64,000 bases of DNA. It comes from Patescibacteria group bacterium. Lineage in GTDB: Bacteria; Patescibacteriota; Minisyncoccia; Phycocordibacterales; JAGLPS01. Shown here in pieces: positions 1-8,848 of the stretch; the stretch's first letter is position 1, and each line of letters opens with the position of its first letter. The stretch is from NCBI GenBank assembly GCA_038057845.1, contig JBBUCK010000041.1, forward strand, positions 1,042-65,041, written 5' to 3'. The notes below the pieces were generated by a model. The model did not search any database. It saw only the letters and a list, made by a program, of their open reading frames with translations, and was not told where the DNA came from. The translations under genes were made by a program, and so were the position numbers.

Positions 1-333
1 ATTCTTGTTGCTACTATGCCACACTTGGGTTTTCCAAGCAGTGTGGACACGTTTCTCTATGCGCTAATTGGACTTGCTATTGCTCTCATTTCTTTTTTAT
101 TTCGTGATTTCAAAAAATCAATCAAACTTCGTTCTCCTAAAAAGGAACAAGAGGGAGCGTTTGTAGAGAATTCTCTGGCAGAATTAGCAGAGAAAAAACG
201 CGCGTTTCGAAGAAAGCCAAAAATAGTTCATTCTCCCGTATCGGGAGTATCTCCTTTGATTTCTGATATTACTCCACCAAAAAATTCAGAAAATATAGAT
301 ACCACCAAGCATGAATCGTCCCAGAATTTCTAA
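1..333 (+). CDS. Small membrane-anchored hypothetical protein, probably 5'-truncated by the window edge
   Basis: Frame is open from base 1 (ILVAT-MPHLGFP...); hydrophobic N-terminal helices followed by a charged tail; stop at 331-333. Confidence 0.6.
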   Translation: MLVATMPHLGFPSSVDTFLYALIGLAIALISFLFRDFKKSIKLRSPKKEQEGAFVENSLAELAEKKRAFRRKPKIVHSPVSGVSPLISDITPPKNSENIDTTKHESSQNF

Positions 334-1480
334 GGGGTTTTATATTATCCTAGGTTTTGTACCTATAGGGTTTCTGGTACTCCTTTATCTTGGAATGTCG
401 CAACTATTCTCTTTTTCCTATGTAGGAGAGAATACTATTTTAGATTTTTCTCTCGTGGAAAAGAAAAAAGAATTTATTGCTACTCATGTAAAAATTCCTG
501 AAGCGGTTAAGGCTGTATATATGTCGGCATGTGCCGCCAGTGCTTCCTCTTTTCGTGATTCTATTGTCCCTCTTATTGAAGACACAGAACTCAATGCTGT
601 TGTCATCGACATAAAGGACTATAGTGGCTCTATTTCCTTTGCGACGGGTGACAGTCGTTTTGATAAACTTCTTAAAAAAGGATGTTTTGTTCCCGATATG
701 CGTGAATTCATCGCTTCTCTTCATGCCAAAGGCATTTATGTTATTGGCAGAATTACAGTTTTCCAAGACCCTCAAATGGCGAATGCCCGCCCTGATTTGG
801 CAGTGCAAAAGAAAGATAAAACTGTCTGGAAAGATTTTAAGGGTTTAAGTTTCATTGATGTTGGCGCAAGTGAATTTTGGGATTACATTGTTGCACTTGG
901 CATAAGCTCTTACAAAGCGGGCTTTGACGAACTTAATTTTGACTACATTCGGTTTCCATCGGACGGAAACATGAATGATATTTATTATCCCTTAAGCGAA
1001 GAACGCTTGCTCACCGACCCTGATTTTGGAAAGGCGCATGTTCTTGAGGAATTTTTCTCGTATCTTAAAGACCATCTTGCGGGAACTGGCGTTGTCATTT
1101 CTGCCGACCTCTTTGGTATGACGACGACTAATACGGATGACCTTAATATCGGACAAGTACTCGAGCGCGCGCTTCCTTATTTTGACTATATTGCGCCGAT
1201 GGTCTATCCTTCCCATTACCCCAAAACTTTTCTTAATCTGCAAAATCCAGCGGCACACCCATACGAAGTCGTGAAGTTCTCCCTTGATTCGGCGGTAACG
1301 CGCGCAAGCACAACCTCGCAGAAAATTCGACCTTGGCTTCAGGATTTTGATTTGGGAGCGGTGTATACGAAGGAAATGGTGCGCGCGCAAATACAAGCAA
1401 CGTATGATGCAGGACTAACCAGCTGGATGCTCTGGGATGCTGCTAATACTTATACTGAAGATGCTTTACTTCCTAATTAA
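311..1480 (+). CDS. Putative glycoside hydrolase (DUF4015-like, TIM barrel) with N-terminal membrane anchor
   Basis: Motifs LNAVVIDIKD, YVIGRITVFQD, GFDELNFDYIRFP, PMVYPSHY, IRPWLQDF, WMLWDAANTY. Confidence 0.8.
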   Translation: MNRPRISKGFYIILGFVPIGFLVLLYLGMSQLFSFSYVGENTILDFSLVEKKKEFIATHVKIPEAVKAVYMSACAASASSFRDSIVPLIEDTELNAVVIDIKDYSGSISFATGDSRFDKLLKKGCFVPDMREFIASLHAKGIYVIGRITVFQDPQMANARPDLAVQKKDKTVWKDFKGLSFIDVGASEFWDYIVALGISSYKAGFDELNFDYIRFPSDGNMNDIYYPLSEERLLTDPDFGKAHVLEEFFSYLKDHLAGTGVVISADLFGMTTTNTDDLNIGQVLERALPYFDYIAPMVYPSHYPKTFLNLQNPAAHPYEVVKFSLDSAVTRASTTSQKIRPWLQDFDLGAVYTKEMVRAQIQATYDAGLTSWMLWDAANTYTEDALLPN

Positions 1481-1674
1481 TGGATGTCTTGCCCGCCTAA
1501 GTTTTGCTTCGCAAAATTTTAGCGGGTGAAGGATGCGGCAAATACTTACACAAAAGAAGCACTTCTTCCTAATTAGGCTGGATGCCTTGCCCACCTAAGT
1601 TTTGCTTCGCAAAATTTAGGCGGGTGGAGGACATTGTGAACACATACACAAGAGAGGCACTTGAAGTGCAGTAG
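1481..1674 (+). repeat. Two extra diverged copies of the 3' end of the DUF4015 gene, each interrupted by a 45-nt REP-like hairpin
   Basis: TGGATG-[hairpin]-DAANTYTKEALLPN* (1481-1576) and TGGATG-[hairpin]-DIVNTYTREALEVQ* (1579-1674) versus native WMLWDAANTYTEDALLPN* (1424-1480). Confidence 0.85.
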
Positions 1675-1738
1675 GACTGATTTACTTTGGGTTTTGTTTT
1701 TAAGCTTTAAAATTGTATAATTTGAGTGAATTTCCTTT

Positions 1739-3643
1739 ATGCACGATGAAAATAAAATCGTATATTTCGCCGAGACCGATTCTCGCGGAAAGAAGCAAAA
1801 ATTTGGCATAAAAACCAAAGACCGTTCCCGTCACGTCTATGTTATTGGAAAAACTGGAATGGGAAAATCAACCTTGCTTGAGAACATGGCTGTTCAAGAT
1901 ATTCAGAATGGCGAAGGTATGGCGTTTATTGACCCTCATGGCAAAACAGCTGAACTCCTCTTGGAATATGTGCCTGCATCTCGAATTCAAGATGTTATAT
2001 ATTTTGCCCCTTTTGATACTGACTTCCCTATTTCTTTTAATGTGATGGAAGATGTTGGAGCAGACAAACGCCATCTTGTTGCTAACGGTCTTATGAGCGC
2101 GTTTAAAAAAATCTGGGTGGATGCTTGGTCTGCCCGTATGGAATACATTTTGAATAATATTCTGCTCGCATTGCTCGAATATCCGGATTCAACACTTATC
2201 GGTGTCAACCGTATGCTTGCCGATAAGGATTATCGCAATAAGGTGGTTAACAATATTACCGACCCTTCCGTTAAAGCATTTTGGACTGATGAATTTGCCA
2301 AGTACGGTGACCGATACATGCAAGAAGCCGGTGCCGCCATTCAAAACAAGATTGGACAATTCATCGCGAACCCGCTTGTTCGAAATATCATCGGTCAACC
2401 GAAATCAACCTTTGATTTAAGAAAAGTTATAGACGAGCGAAAAATACTCATTATCAACCTCTCCAAAGGCCGTGTCGGGGAAGCAAATGCAAATCTTTTG
2501 GGAAGTATGTTGATTACCAAAATTTATCTCGGGGCAATGTCAAGAGCCGATACGAGCGAAAAGGAGCTGAATAAACTCCCGCCATTCTATCTTTTTGTTG
2601 ACGAGTTTCAATCTTTTGCCAATGAATCGTTTGCCGATATTCTTTCCGAGGCGCGGAAATATAAGCTCAATCTCACGATGGCGCATCAGTATATAGAGCA
2701 AATGTCCGAGGAGGTGCGCGCGGCTGTTTTTGGCAACGTTGGAACAATGATTATGTTTCGCGTTGGCGCGTATGACGCGGAAGTGCTGGAAAAGGAATTC
2801 GCTCCGGAGTTTACCGCCGAAGATCTGGTAAATTTGGGATTTACTCAAATTTATCTCAAACTTATGATTGATGGTGTCACATCTCATCCATTTTCCGCGA
2901 CATCGCTTCCTCCGATTGAAACTCCTACTATGTCTTCCAAAGATCAAATTATTGAATCTTCTCGAAAAATCTATGCTCGTTCACGCGCTGTTATTGAGGA
3001 ATATATCAGGGATTGGCATGCGCCCATCAAAAAAGAGGAGAAAAGGAGTAATGAGGAGCGGCCGTTTTCTTCACAGAAAGAGATTGTAAAAAACCATCCT
3101 AAGCCCTTTGTGCCGGCGACCCCTTTACCGACCACACAGAATCCTTTCAAGGCAATTGCTTTTGATGAAACAGGGAAGGCGGTGGTCGAAGTAGCGGTGA
3201 AAAAAGCCGCCGAAGGCCCGCATCTTGCGAGGCTCGCCTTCGGCGGCCCGCTTCGCCAGAGCGGTAGCGAGGCGAGCAAGCCTCCCGCAGAGGACGAGAC
3301 TCGCTTCAAGCAGCGCTCTTACGAGCGGGAAGAAAAACCAATTACTGCTCCTCAGGTCTCTCAAACACCAGTCTCTCTTAAAAATCTTAGAGTTGATGAT
3401 CCTAAGAAAAGGAGGGAACAAAAAGGTCCAAGTGAGAAAAATCTCTCGGAACTCAAAGCTGCTCTTGCAGATGTTTTACAATCACACGGTGGAAGTAAAA
3501 AAGAGGAGTCTCTAGAACCAAAGCAGGAAGTGAAAAAAGAAGAGCTTGTAGAAAAAAAGGAAACTTTAGTTTCAAATACTCTAAATAATCCTAAGGAAAT
3601 CTCCGAATCAACACTCAAAAAAATCTTAGAGGTTCCCAAGTAA
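1739..3643 (+). CDS. VirD4/TraD/HerA-like P-loop ATPase (type IV secretion system DNA-binding-domain protein) with disordered C-terminal tail
   Basis: HVYVIGKTGMGKS Walker A, IDPHG, LFVDEFQ Walker B, LSEARKY, AHQYIEQ. Confidence 0.85.
   Translation: MHDENKIVYFAETDSRGKKQKFGIKTKDRSRHVYVIGKTGMGKSTLLENMAVQDIQNGEGMAFIDPHGKTAELLLEYVPASRIQDVIYFAPFDTDFPISFNVMEDVGADKRHLVANGLMSAFKKIWVDAWSARMEYILNNILLALLEYPDSTLIGVNRMLADKDYRNKVVNNITDPSVKAFWTDEFAKYGDRYMQEAGAAIQNKIGQFIANPLVRNIIGQPKSTFDLRKVIDERKILIINLSKGRVGEANANLLGSMLITKIYLGAMSRADTSEKELNKLPPFYLFVDEFQSFANESFADILSEARKYKLNLTMAHQYIEQMSEEVRAAVFGNVGTMIMFRVGAYDAEVLEKEFAPEFTAEDLVNLGFTQIYLKLMIDGVTSHPFSATSLPPIETPTMSSKDQIIESSRKIYARSRAVIEEYIRDWHAPIKKEEKRSNEERPFSSQKEIVKNHPKPFVPATPLPTTQNPFKAIAFDETGKAVVEVAVKKAAEGPHLARLAFGGPLRQSGSEASKPPAEDETRFKQRSYEREEKPITAPQVSQTPVSLKNLRVDDPKKRREQKGPSEKNLSELKAALADVLQSHGGSKKEESLEPKQEVKKEELVEKKETLVSNTLNNPKEISESTLKKILEVPK
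3206..3277. repeat. Two adjacent GC-rich REP-like palindromes inside the ATPase coding sequence
   Basis: Perfect 12-bp IR GCCGCCGAAGGC (3206-3217)/GCCTTCGGCGGC (3236-3247); imperfect IR GCCCGCTTCGC (3246-3256)/GCGAGGCGAGC (3267-3277). Confidence 0.7.
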
Positions 3644-3673
3644 AAATGTTACACGTAGATAAATATTTTTTAA

Positions 3674-5206
3674 ATGAGGTTTCTTAGTAAACTTTTTATT
3701 TCGACGAGCGAGTGGCGCCGTGGCCACGTTTTGATGCGGACATGGCACGCGAGTCGAAGTCTAAACAAAGGCTTAATGGCCTTTATATTTTTTGTTCCTG
3801 TAACTTTTTTCACAACCGTCTCTGCGGCGGTTGTTATCGACGAAATCATGTACGACCTTGACGGCTCGGATACAGATAGGGAATGGGTAGAAATTTTAAA
3901 TGATGGAAACGGGGCAATAGACCTTACCGGCTTCAAATTCGATGATGGAGCAACCTCAAAACATGGTCTGAATGCCCCACCAAAAAACGGCGGTCAAGGC
4001 TCTCTCGTGATTCCGGGTGGCTCATATGCCATCTTTGCGGATAATGCCGCAGTCTTTCTCTCCGAACATCCGGGCTACACGGGGACAGTCATTGATACAC
4101 TCGTTGATTTGGCCAACACAAGTGACACCGTCTCACTTATTGATAGTAATGATAACGTTCTCGAGACGGTAACTTATGACTCGACATGGGGAGCAAAAGA
4201 TGACGGCAATTCGCTCCAGAAGATTAACGGCTTATGGAAGAGCGCTCTTCCCACTCCAGGGACTGTCAGTGTCTCTCCGTTCGCACCAACCACCGACCCC
4301 TCTCCACAGGAGACTCCTCCTGCAAATACTTCAAGCACAACCAGCACCTCTTCGAGTAGCACAGGGAGCAGTTCATCATTTCCTGTAGAACCGCAGATTA
4401 TCGCTTCGGCGGGGGAGAAAAAACGAATTGCAACTGTTGGAGGAAACATTATATTTTCTGGAAAAGTATGGGGTCTTAAAAAAGAGCCGATTGAAAACGC
4501 CCGTATTTTATGGAATTTTGGCGATGGAAGCACGGCGGAAGGGAAAACAGTGTCTCATACGTACCGCTACCCTGGTATATACATCGTCACACTTAACGCT
4601 TCGTCAGGACAATATTCGGCTTCTGATCGAGTAACTGTTGAGGCCATTCCGGCGAATATAATCATTTCTTCGGTTGGAGATTCGCAGTCTTTGCTTGTTG
4701 AACTGCATAATCAATCACATTACGAACTCGACCTCTCTTTTTGGAGTATTCATGCTCCCGATGTTACATTCATTATTCCGGAGTATACATTTGTTGGAGC
4801 GGGAGCAAAAATTAAATTTGCAGGTGAAGTGACTGGTATCACTTCTAACACGTTGGCAGATGTCTTGCTTTATTATCCCAATGGCATGCCTGCATCGGCA
4901 TCTCTCGCCATTGTTTCTGTTCAAGAAGAAATAGTGCAAAAATCTTCACTCGCATCCTCTGTTAGAAAAGAGGAAACAAAGAAGGAAGAATACATTTTAC
5001 CTCCAAAATCTGCTAATATGGCGCCTAACGCTTTCGGGGTCCTTGGAACAACAAGCGAAATTTTGGCGGCAGCGGAAACAGCAAAAGGGAGCGCATTTTC
5101 ACCTTGGATTTCCGGTCTTCTGGCTCTTATCGGCATTCCTCTTATTTCACTTTTTTTCTTACCTAAAAAACAAAAAACGGAAGCGGATGAGATAGAAATT
5201 ATTTAG
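3674..5206 (+). CDS. Secreted, C-terminally anchored lamin-tail-domain + PKD-domain surface protein
   Basis: VVIDEIMYD...EWVEILN (LTD), PTPG, Ser/Thr linker, WNFGDG...HTYRYPG (PKD), C-terminal TM helix; start codon uncertain. Confidence 0.8.
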   Translation: MRFLSKLFISTSEWRRGHVLMRTWHASRSLNKGLMAFIFFVPVTFFTTVSAAVVIDEIMYDLDGSDTDREWVEILNDGNGAIDLTGFKFDDGATSKHGLNAPPKNGGQGSLVIPGGSYAIFADNAAVFLSEHPGYTGTVIDTLVDLANTSDTVSLIDSNDNVLETVTYDSTWGAKDDGNSLQKINGLWKSALPTPGTVSVSPFAPTTDPSPQETPPANTSSTTSTSSSSTGSSSSFPVEPQIIASAGEKKRIATVGGNIIFSGKVWGLKKEPIENARILWNFGDGSTAEGKTVSHTYRYPGIYIVTLNASSGQYSASDRVTVEAIPANIIISSVGDSQSLLVELHNQSHYELDLSFWSIHAPDVTFIIPEYTFVGAGAKIKFAGEVTGITSNTLADVLLYYPNGMPASASLAIVSVQEEIVQKSSLASSVRKEETKKEEYILPPKSANMAPNAFGVLGTTSEILAAAETAKGSAFSPWISGLLALIGIPLISLFFLPKKQKTEADEIEII

Positions 5207-5241
5207 GAAATTAAGGAGTGAAGCGACTATAATTTACTTAA

Positions 5242-5349
5242 CCCGCCTTAATTTTTGAACATATGAATAACGTAACAGCACAAAAGTATATTAATTTTAC
5301 CACTGCCTTAATAGTGGCGTCTGTATGGTCGAAAATTATGGCGGGCAGG
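5242..5349. mobile_element. MITE/REP-like palindromic element, CCTG-CCCGCC...GGCGGG-T family (long form, CCTG foot on the minus strand)
   Basis: 22-bp IR 5242-5263/5324-5345 with 19/22 matches, followed by CAGG. Confidence 0.6.
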
Positions 5350-5382
5350 TCTAAAACTCGTTAAAACTCGTTAAGAAAATCC

Positions 5383-6597
5383 ATGAAAAGAATACTTATA
5401 TTTTCGCTCGTCTACTATCCCCGTTTTATCGGCGGAGCGGAAGTTGCCATCAAAGAAATAACAGATCGAATTTCTCCAAAAGAAATTGAATTTGACATGA
5501 TTACTTTGCGTCTTGATTCAAAACTTCCGGCAGTGGAAAAGATTGGCAACATCAATGTTTATCGAGTCGGCTGGTCATCACGGCAGAAACAGTCATCTGA
5601 CTCTCTTCCTTGGCATTTACATCTGAATAAGTATGCCTTGATGTTTACTGGGTTTTTCAAGGCTGTCTCTCTTTCAAGGGTGAAAAAATATGACGCAATC
5701 TGGTCAATAATGGCCACCTACAATTCATTCGCGGCTTTATTTTTCAAGCTGACTCATCTGGATATTCCATTTATTCTTACTCTTCAGGAAGGTGATCCGA
5801 TTCCATACATCAAACGTCGCGCTCTTCCACTCTATCCGCTCTTTAAAATGATCTTTACTCGCGCCGATGCCATTCAGACGATTTCAAATTATTTGGCTAA
5901 CTGGGCAAAAGATATGAATGCGAAATGTCCTATTACAGTCGTGCCAAATGCGGTTGATTGTGATTTATTTTCAACAAGGAAGTTCGCGGAGGAGGAAACA
6001 GCATTGAAGAAACAATTGAACAAGAACGAAGGAGATGTTTTTTTGATTACCACCTCTCGTCTCGTGGTTAAAAACGCGGTCGGTGATATTATTGCCGCGC
6101 TTCAATTTTTGCCTGAGAATATTAAATTACTTATTCTTGGTCAGGGGTATGAGGAAGCGGCTCTTAGGAGGAAGATTGTCGATTTGAAATTGGAGGGACG
6201 GGTGCAATTTTTGGGCTTTGTGCCTCATGCCTCAATGCCGCAGTATTTGCATGTCTCCGATATTTTTGTACGCCCGTCGCTCTCCGAAGGGATGGGTAAT
6301 TCTTTTGTGGAAGCAATGGCAGCAGGGCTTCCTGTTATCGCGACTCAAGAAGGAGGAATCGCCGACTTTCTTTTTGATCCAGAGAGGAATCCAAATAAAT
6401 TACCAACCGGTCGCGCCGTGAACCCAAAGGACCCCAAAGGGATTGCGCGTGCAGTCGAGTTGTATCTTTCTGATAAAAAAAAGACAGAAGAAATTATTAA
6501 AAACGGACAGGGACTTGTATTTGAAAAGTACGAATGGGACAAAGTTGCCCGTGATATGAAAGAAAAAGTTTTCAATACGTTATTTAACCGTATATGA
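5383..6597 (+). CDS. Glycosyltransferase family 4
   Basis: GGAE, SRLVVKN, SEGMGNSFVEAMAAGLPVI (ExxxxxxxE). Confidence 0.9.
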   Translation: MKRILIFSLVYYPRFIGGAEVAIKEITDRISPKEIEFDMITLRLDSKLPAVEKIGNINVYRVGWSSRQKQSSDSLPWHLHLNKYALMFTGFFKAVSLSRVKKYDAIWSIMATYNSFAALFFKLTHLDIPFILTLQEGDPIPYIKRRALPLYPLFKMIFTRADAIQTISNYLANWAKDMNAKCPITVVPNAVDCDLFSTRKFAEEETALKKQLNKNEGDVFLITTSRLVVKNAVGDIIAALQFLPENIKLLILGQGYEEAALRRKIVDLKLEGRVQFLGFVPHASMPQYLHVSDIFVRPSLSEGMGNSFVEAMAAGLPVIATQEGGIADFLFDPERNPNKLPTGRAVNPKDPKGIARAVELYLSDKKKTEEIIKNGQGLVFEKYEWDKVARDMKEKVFNTLFNRI

Positions 6598-7748
6598 CAC
6601 CTAAAAAAATTCTCATTGCTACAGGAATATATCCACCCGATATAGGGGGACCTGCCACATATTCAAAACTACTTGCGGACGAATTGCCAAAACACGGCAT
6701 TGAAGTAATGGTACTTACATTTGGTGCAGTGCGGCATCTGCCGAAGGTAATACGACACCTTGCTTATTTTTTTAAAACGCTTTCGCAAGGCAGAGAGGTA
6801 GATATTATTTATGCCCAAGACCCGGTAAGCGTTGGTCTACCGGCTTTATGGGCCGCACGACTGCTTAGAAAACGTTTCCTTCTTCGTTTGGGAGGAGATT
6901 ATGCTTGGGAGCAGGGTGTTGCGCGATTTGGAGTTAAGGATACCCTCGACGAGTTTGTCAAAAAATATGATGCATATCCGTTGTCTGTGCGAATGTTAAA
7001 GAAGATACAAACCTATGTTGCGCAACATGCAGAAACAGTAATTGTTCCAAGTCGGTATCTTGCAAGTATTGTGCAGGTTTGGGGAAGGAAAATAAATGTA
7101 AAAGTAATACATAATGCTTTTTCTCTCAATTCAGTTTCTGACAGTAATACATACACGTCTTATACTTTGACTCTTGTTCCAGAGAGTAAAGACGAACTTC
7201 GTAAAAAACTTAATTTTCAAGGGAAAGTTATTCTTTCTGCGGGTCGATTCGTCCCTTGGAAAGGTTTTGATATGCTTATTGAGATTATGCCTGATTTACG
7301 CAGAGAGGTACCTGATGCCTTTTTATACATTGTCGGTGAGGGTCCTGAACAGCCATTTCTGAAGACTTTAGTAGAAAAACATAATGCTTCAGAATACATA
7401 CATTTTCTTGGCACTCTTCCGCGTATAACACTACTCCAATACATTAAAGCTTCTGACGTATTTGCACTTAATACTGGCTACGAAGGGCTTTCCCATCAGC
7501 TTATTGAAGCGATGTCATTACATACTCCTGTAGTTACAACCAACATCCCAGGAAATAAAGAATTGATAAGAGATGGGATATCAGGAATACTTCTTAGCTA
7601 TAATGACAAAAAAGCGTTTACTGATACTTTGATTCGTGTTCTTTCTGAATTTGATACATCCGAGATCGTTAATCAAGCATTCGAAAAATCCCAGACATTT
7701 ACTTATAGCCGTATGATAAATGAAACAATTGACGCATTAGGCATATGA
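6594..7748 (+). CDS. Glycosyltransferase family 4
   Basis: YPPDIGGPATY, GRFVPWKG, YEGLSHQLIEAM; ATGA overlap with upstream gene. Confidence 0.9.
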   Translation: MTPKKILIATGIYPPDIGGPATYSKLLADELPKHGIEVMVLTFGAVRHLPKVIRHLAYFFKTLSQGREVDIIYAQDPVSVGLPALWAARLLRKRFLLRLGGDYAWEQGVARFGVKDTLDEFVKKYDAYPLSVRMLKKIQTYVAQHAETVIVPSRYLASIVQVWGRKINVKVIHNAFSLNSVSDSNTYTSYTLTLVPESKDELRKKLNFQGKVILSAGRFVPWKGFDMLIEIMPDLRREVPDAFLYIVGEGPEQPFLKTLVEKHNASEYIHFLGTLPRITLLQYIKASDVFALNTGYEGLSHQLIEAMSLHTPVVTTNIPGNKELIRDGISGILLSYNDKKAFTDTLIRVLSEFDTSEIVNQAFEKSQTFTYSRMINETIDALGI

Positions 7749-8848
7749 ACATTATCTCAATAAGCACAGACAGAAATATATGGCAGGAGACAAGTGCAGT
7801 GCGCGCACGGATGATTGAATACGGACAGCTATTTGATTCATTGCATATTATTGTTTTTTCAAAAAAGGGACACGATTTGCAACTCGTTCAATTGTCCGAC
7901 AATGTGTGGGCGTACCCAACAAACTCCTTTAATCAATGGTTGTATATTTTCGATGCTATTCGTCTCGGCAAACAACTCTTTGCTACAAGCTACAAGCTAC
8001 AAGCTACAAGCTGGCTCGTAACTGCTCAAGATCCCTTTGAAACAGGTTTTTGCGCGTGGATACTATCGCGGCTAATCGGCAGTAAATTAAATATTCAGAT
8101 TCATACTGATTTTTTGAGTCCATACTTTGTTAAGGGAAATGTTTTAAACAGAATCCGAGTTTTTTTAGCAGACTTTCTTTTACCGAAAGCTGATGGAATT
8201 AGAGTGGTATCCGATCGTATAAAGTCCTCTCTGCAAGCTACAAGCTACAAGCTAAAAGCTTCCCCCATTGTTCTGCCGATTTTTGTCGATGTGTTAAGTA
8301 TTGAGAATACTCAAATCACATTAGATTTGAAGGAAAAATATTCTCAATTTTCGCACATAATTCTTATGGCGACTCGGTTTGCCAAAGAAAAAAACATTTC
8401 TCTCGCTATTGACGCCTTCATACAGGTACTAGAGAAGCTACCCCGCGCAGGTCTTATCATTGTTGGTTCTGGACCTGAATGGGATAATTTAAGGCTTAAA
8501 GTAAAAGCATATAAGTTGTCAGAGAGTATTATCTTTGAACCATGGATAGGTTTTGAAACATTGATTTCTTACTATAAAACAACCAATTTACTTTTAAATA
8601 CCTCTTTATATGAAGGATACGGCCTCATTTTTGCTGAAGCAGCCGCATGCAATACTCCAATTGTTTCAACCGATGTTGGCATTGCCTCCGAAGTGGGCGC
8701 TACTATAGCCGACCATTCTGCTTCAAGTGTTGCCCAAAAGATTCTTGATGTCTTGGGCAATCCCAATCCCAGTCGACTACTCTATATTATTTCCAAAGAA
8801 GAGTATCTTTTAGATTATAAAAGCGCTTTATTGGGATTAGCAAGATAA
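7745..8848 (+). CDS. Glycosyltransferase family 4 containing two heptanucleotide repeat tracts
   Basis: RFAKEKN, YEGYGLIFAEAAA; repeat-encoded ATSYKLQATS and LQATSYKLKA segments. Confidence 0.9.
   Translation: MNIISISTDRNIWQETSAVRARMIEYGQLFDSLHIIVFSKKGHDLQLVQLSDNVWAYPTNSFNQWLYIFDAIRLGKQLFATSYKLQATSWLVTAQDPFETGFCAWILSRLIGSKLNIQIHTDFLSPYFVKGNVLNRIRVFLADFLLPKADGIRVVSDRIKSSLQATSYKLKASPIVLPIFVDVLSIENTQITLDLKEKYSQFSHIILMATRFAKEKNISLAIDAFIQVLEKLPRAGLIIVGSGPEWDNLRLKVKAYKLSESIIFEPWIGFETLISYYKTTNLLLNTSLYEGYGLIFAEAAACNTPIVSTDVGIASEVGATIADHSASSVAQKILDVLGNPNPSRLLYIISKEEYLLDYKSALLGLAR
7982..8012 (+). repeat. (GCTACAA)4 tandem repeat in coding sequence
   Basis: Four perfect 7-nt units plus GCT. Confidence 0.9.
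8231..8260 (+). repeat. Second, degenerate GCTACAA tandem tract in the same gene
   Basis: CTGCAA GCTACAA GCTACAA GCTAAAA GCT. Confidence 0.85.

Noticed and set aside
1481-1674. Mini CRISPR array (two palindromic repeats with spacers)
   Set aside because: Only two repeats, the 'spacers' are homologous to each other and to the upstream gene's 3' end, and there are no cas genes in the window.
1739-3643. Conjugative element / T4SS island
   Set aside because: Single ATPase with no relaxase, VirB genes or integrase nearby.
5352-5374. 10-bp tandem duplication TAAAACTCGT as a target-site duplication
   Set aside because: Both copies lie on the same side of the adjacent element, so it is more likely local slippage.
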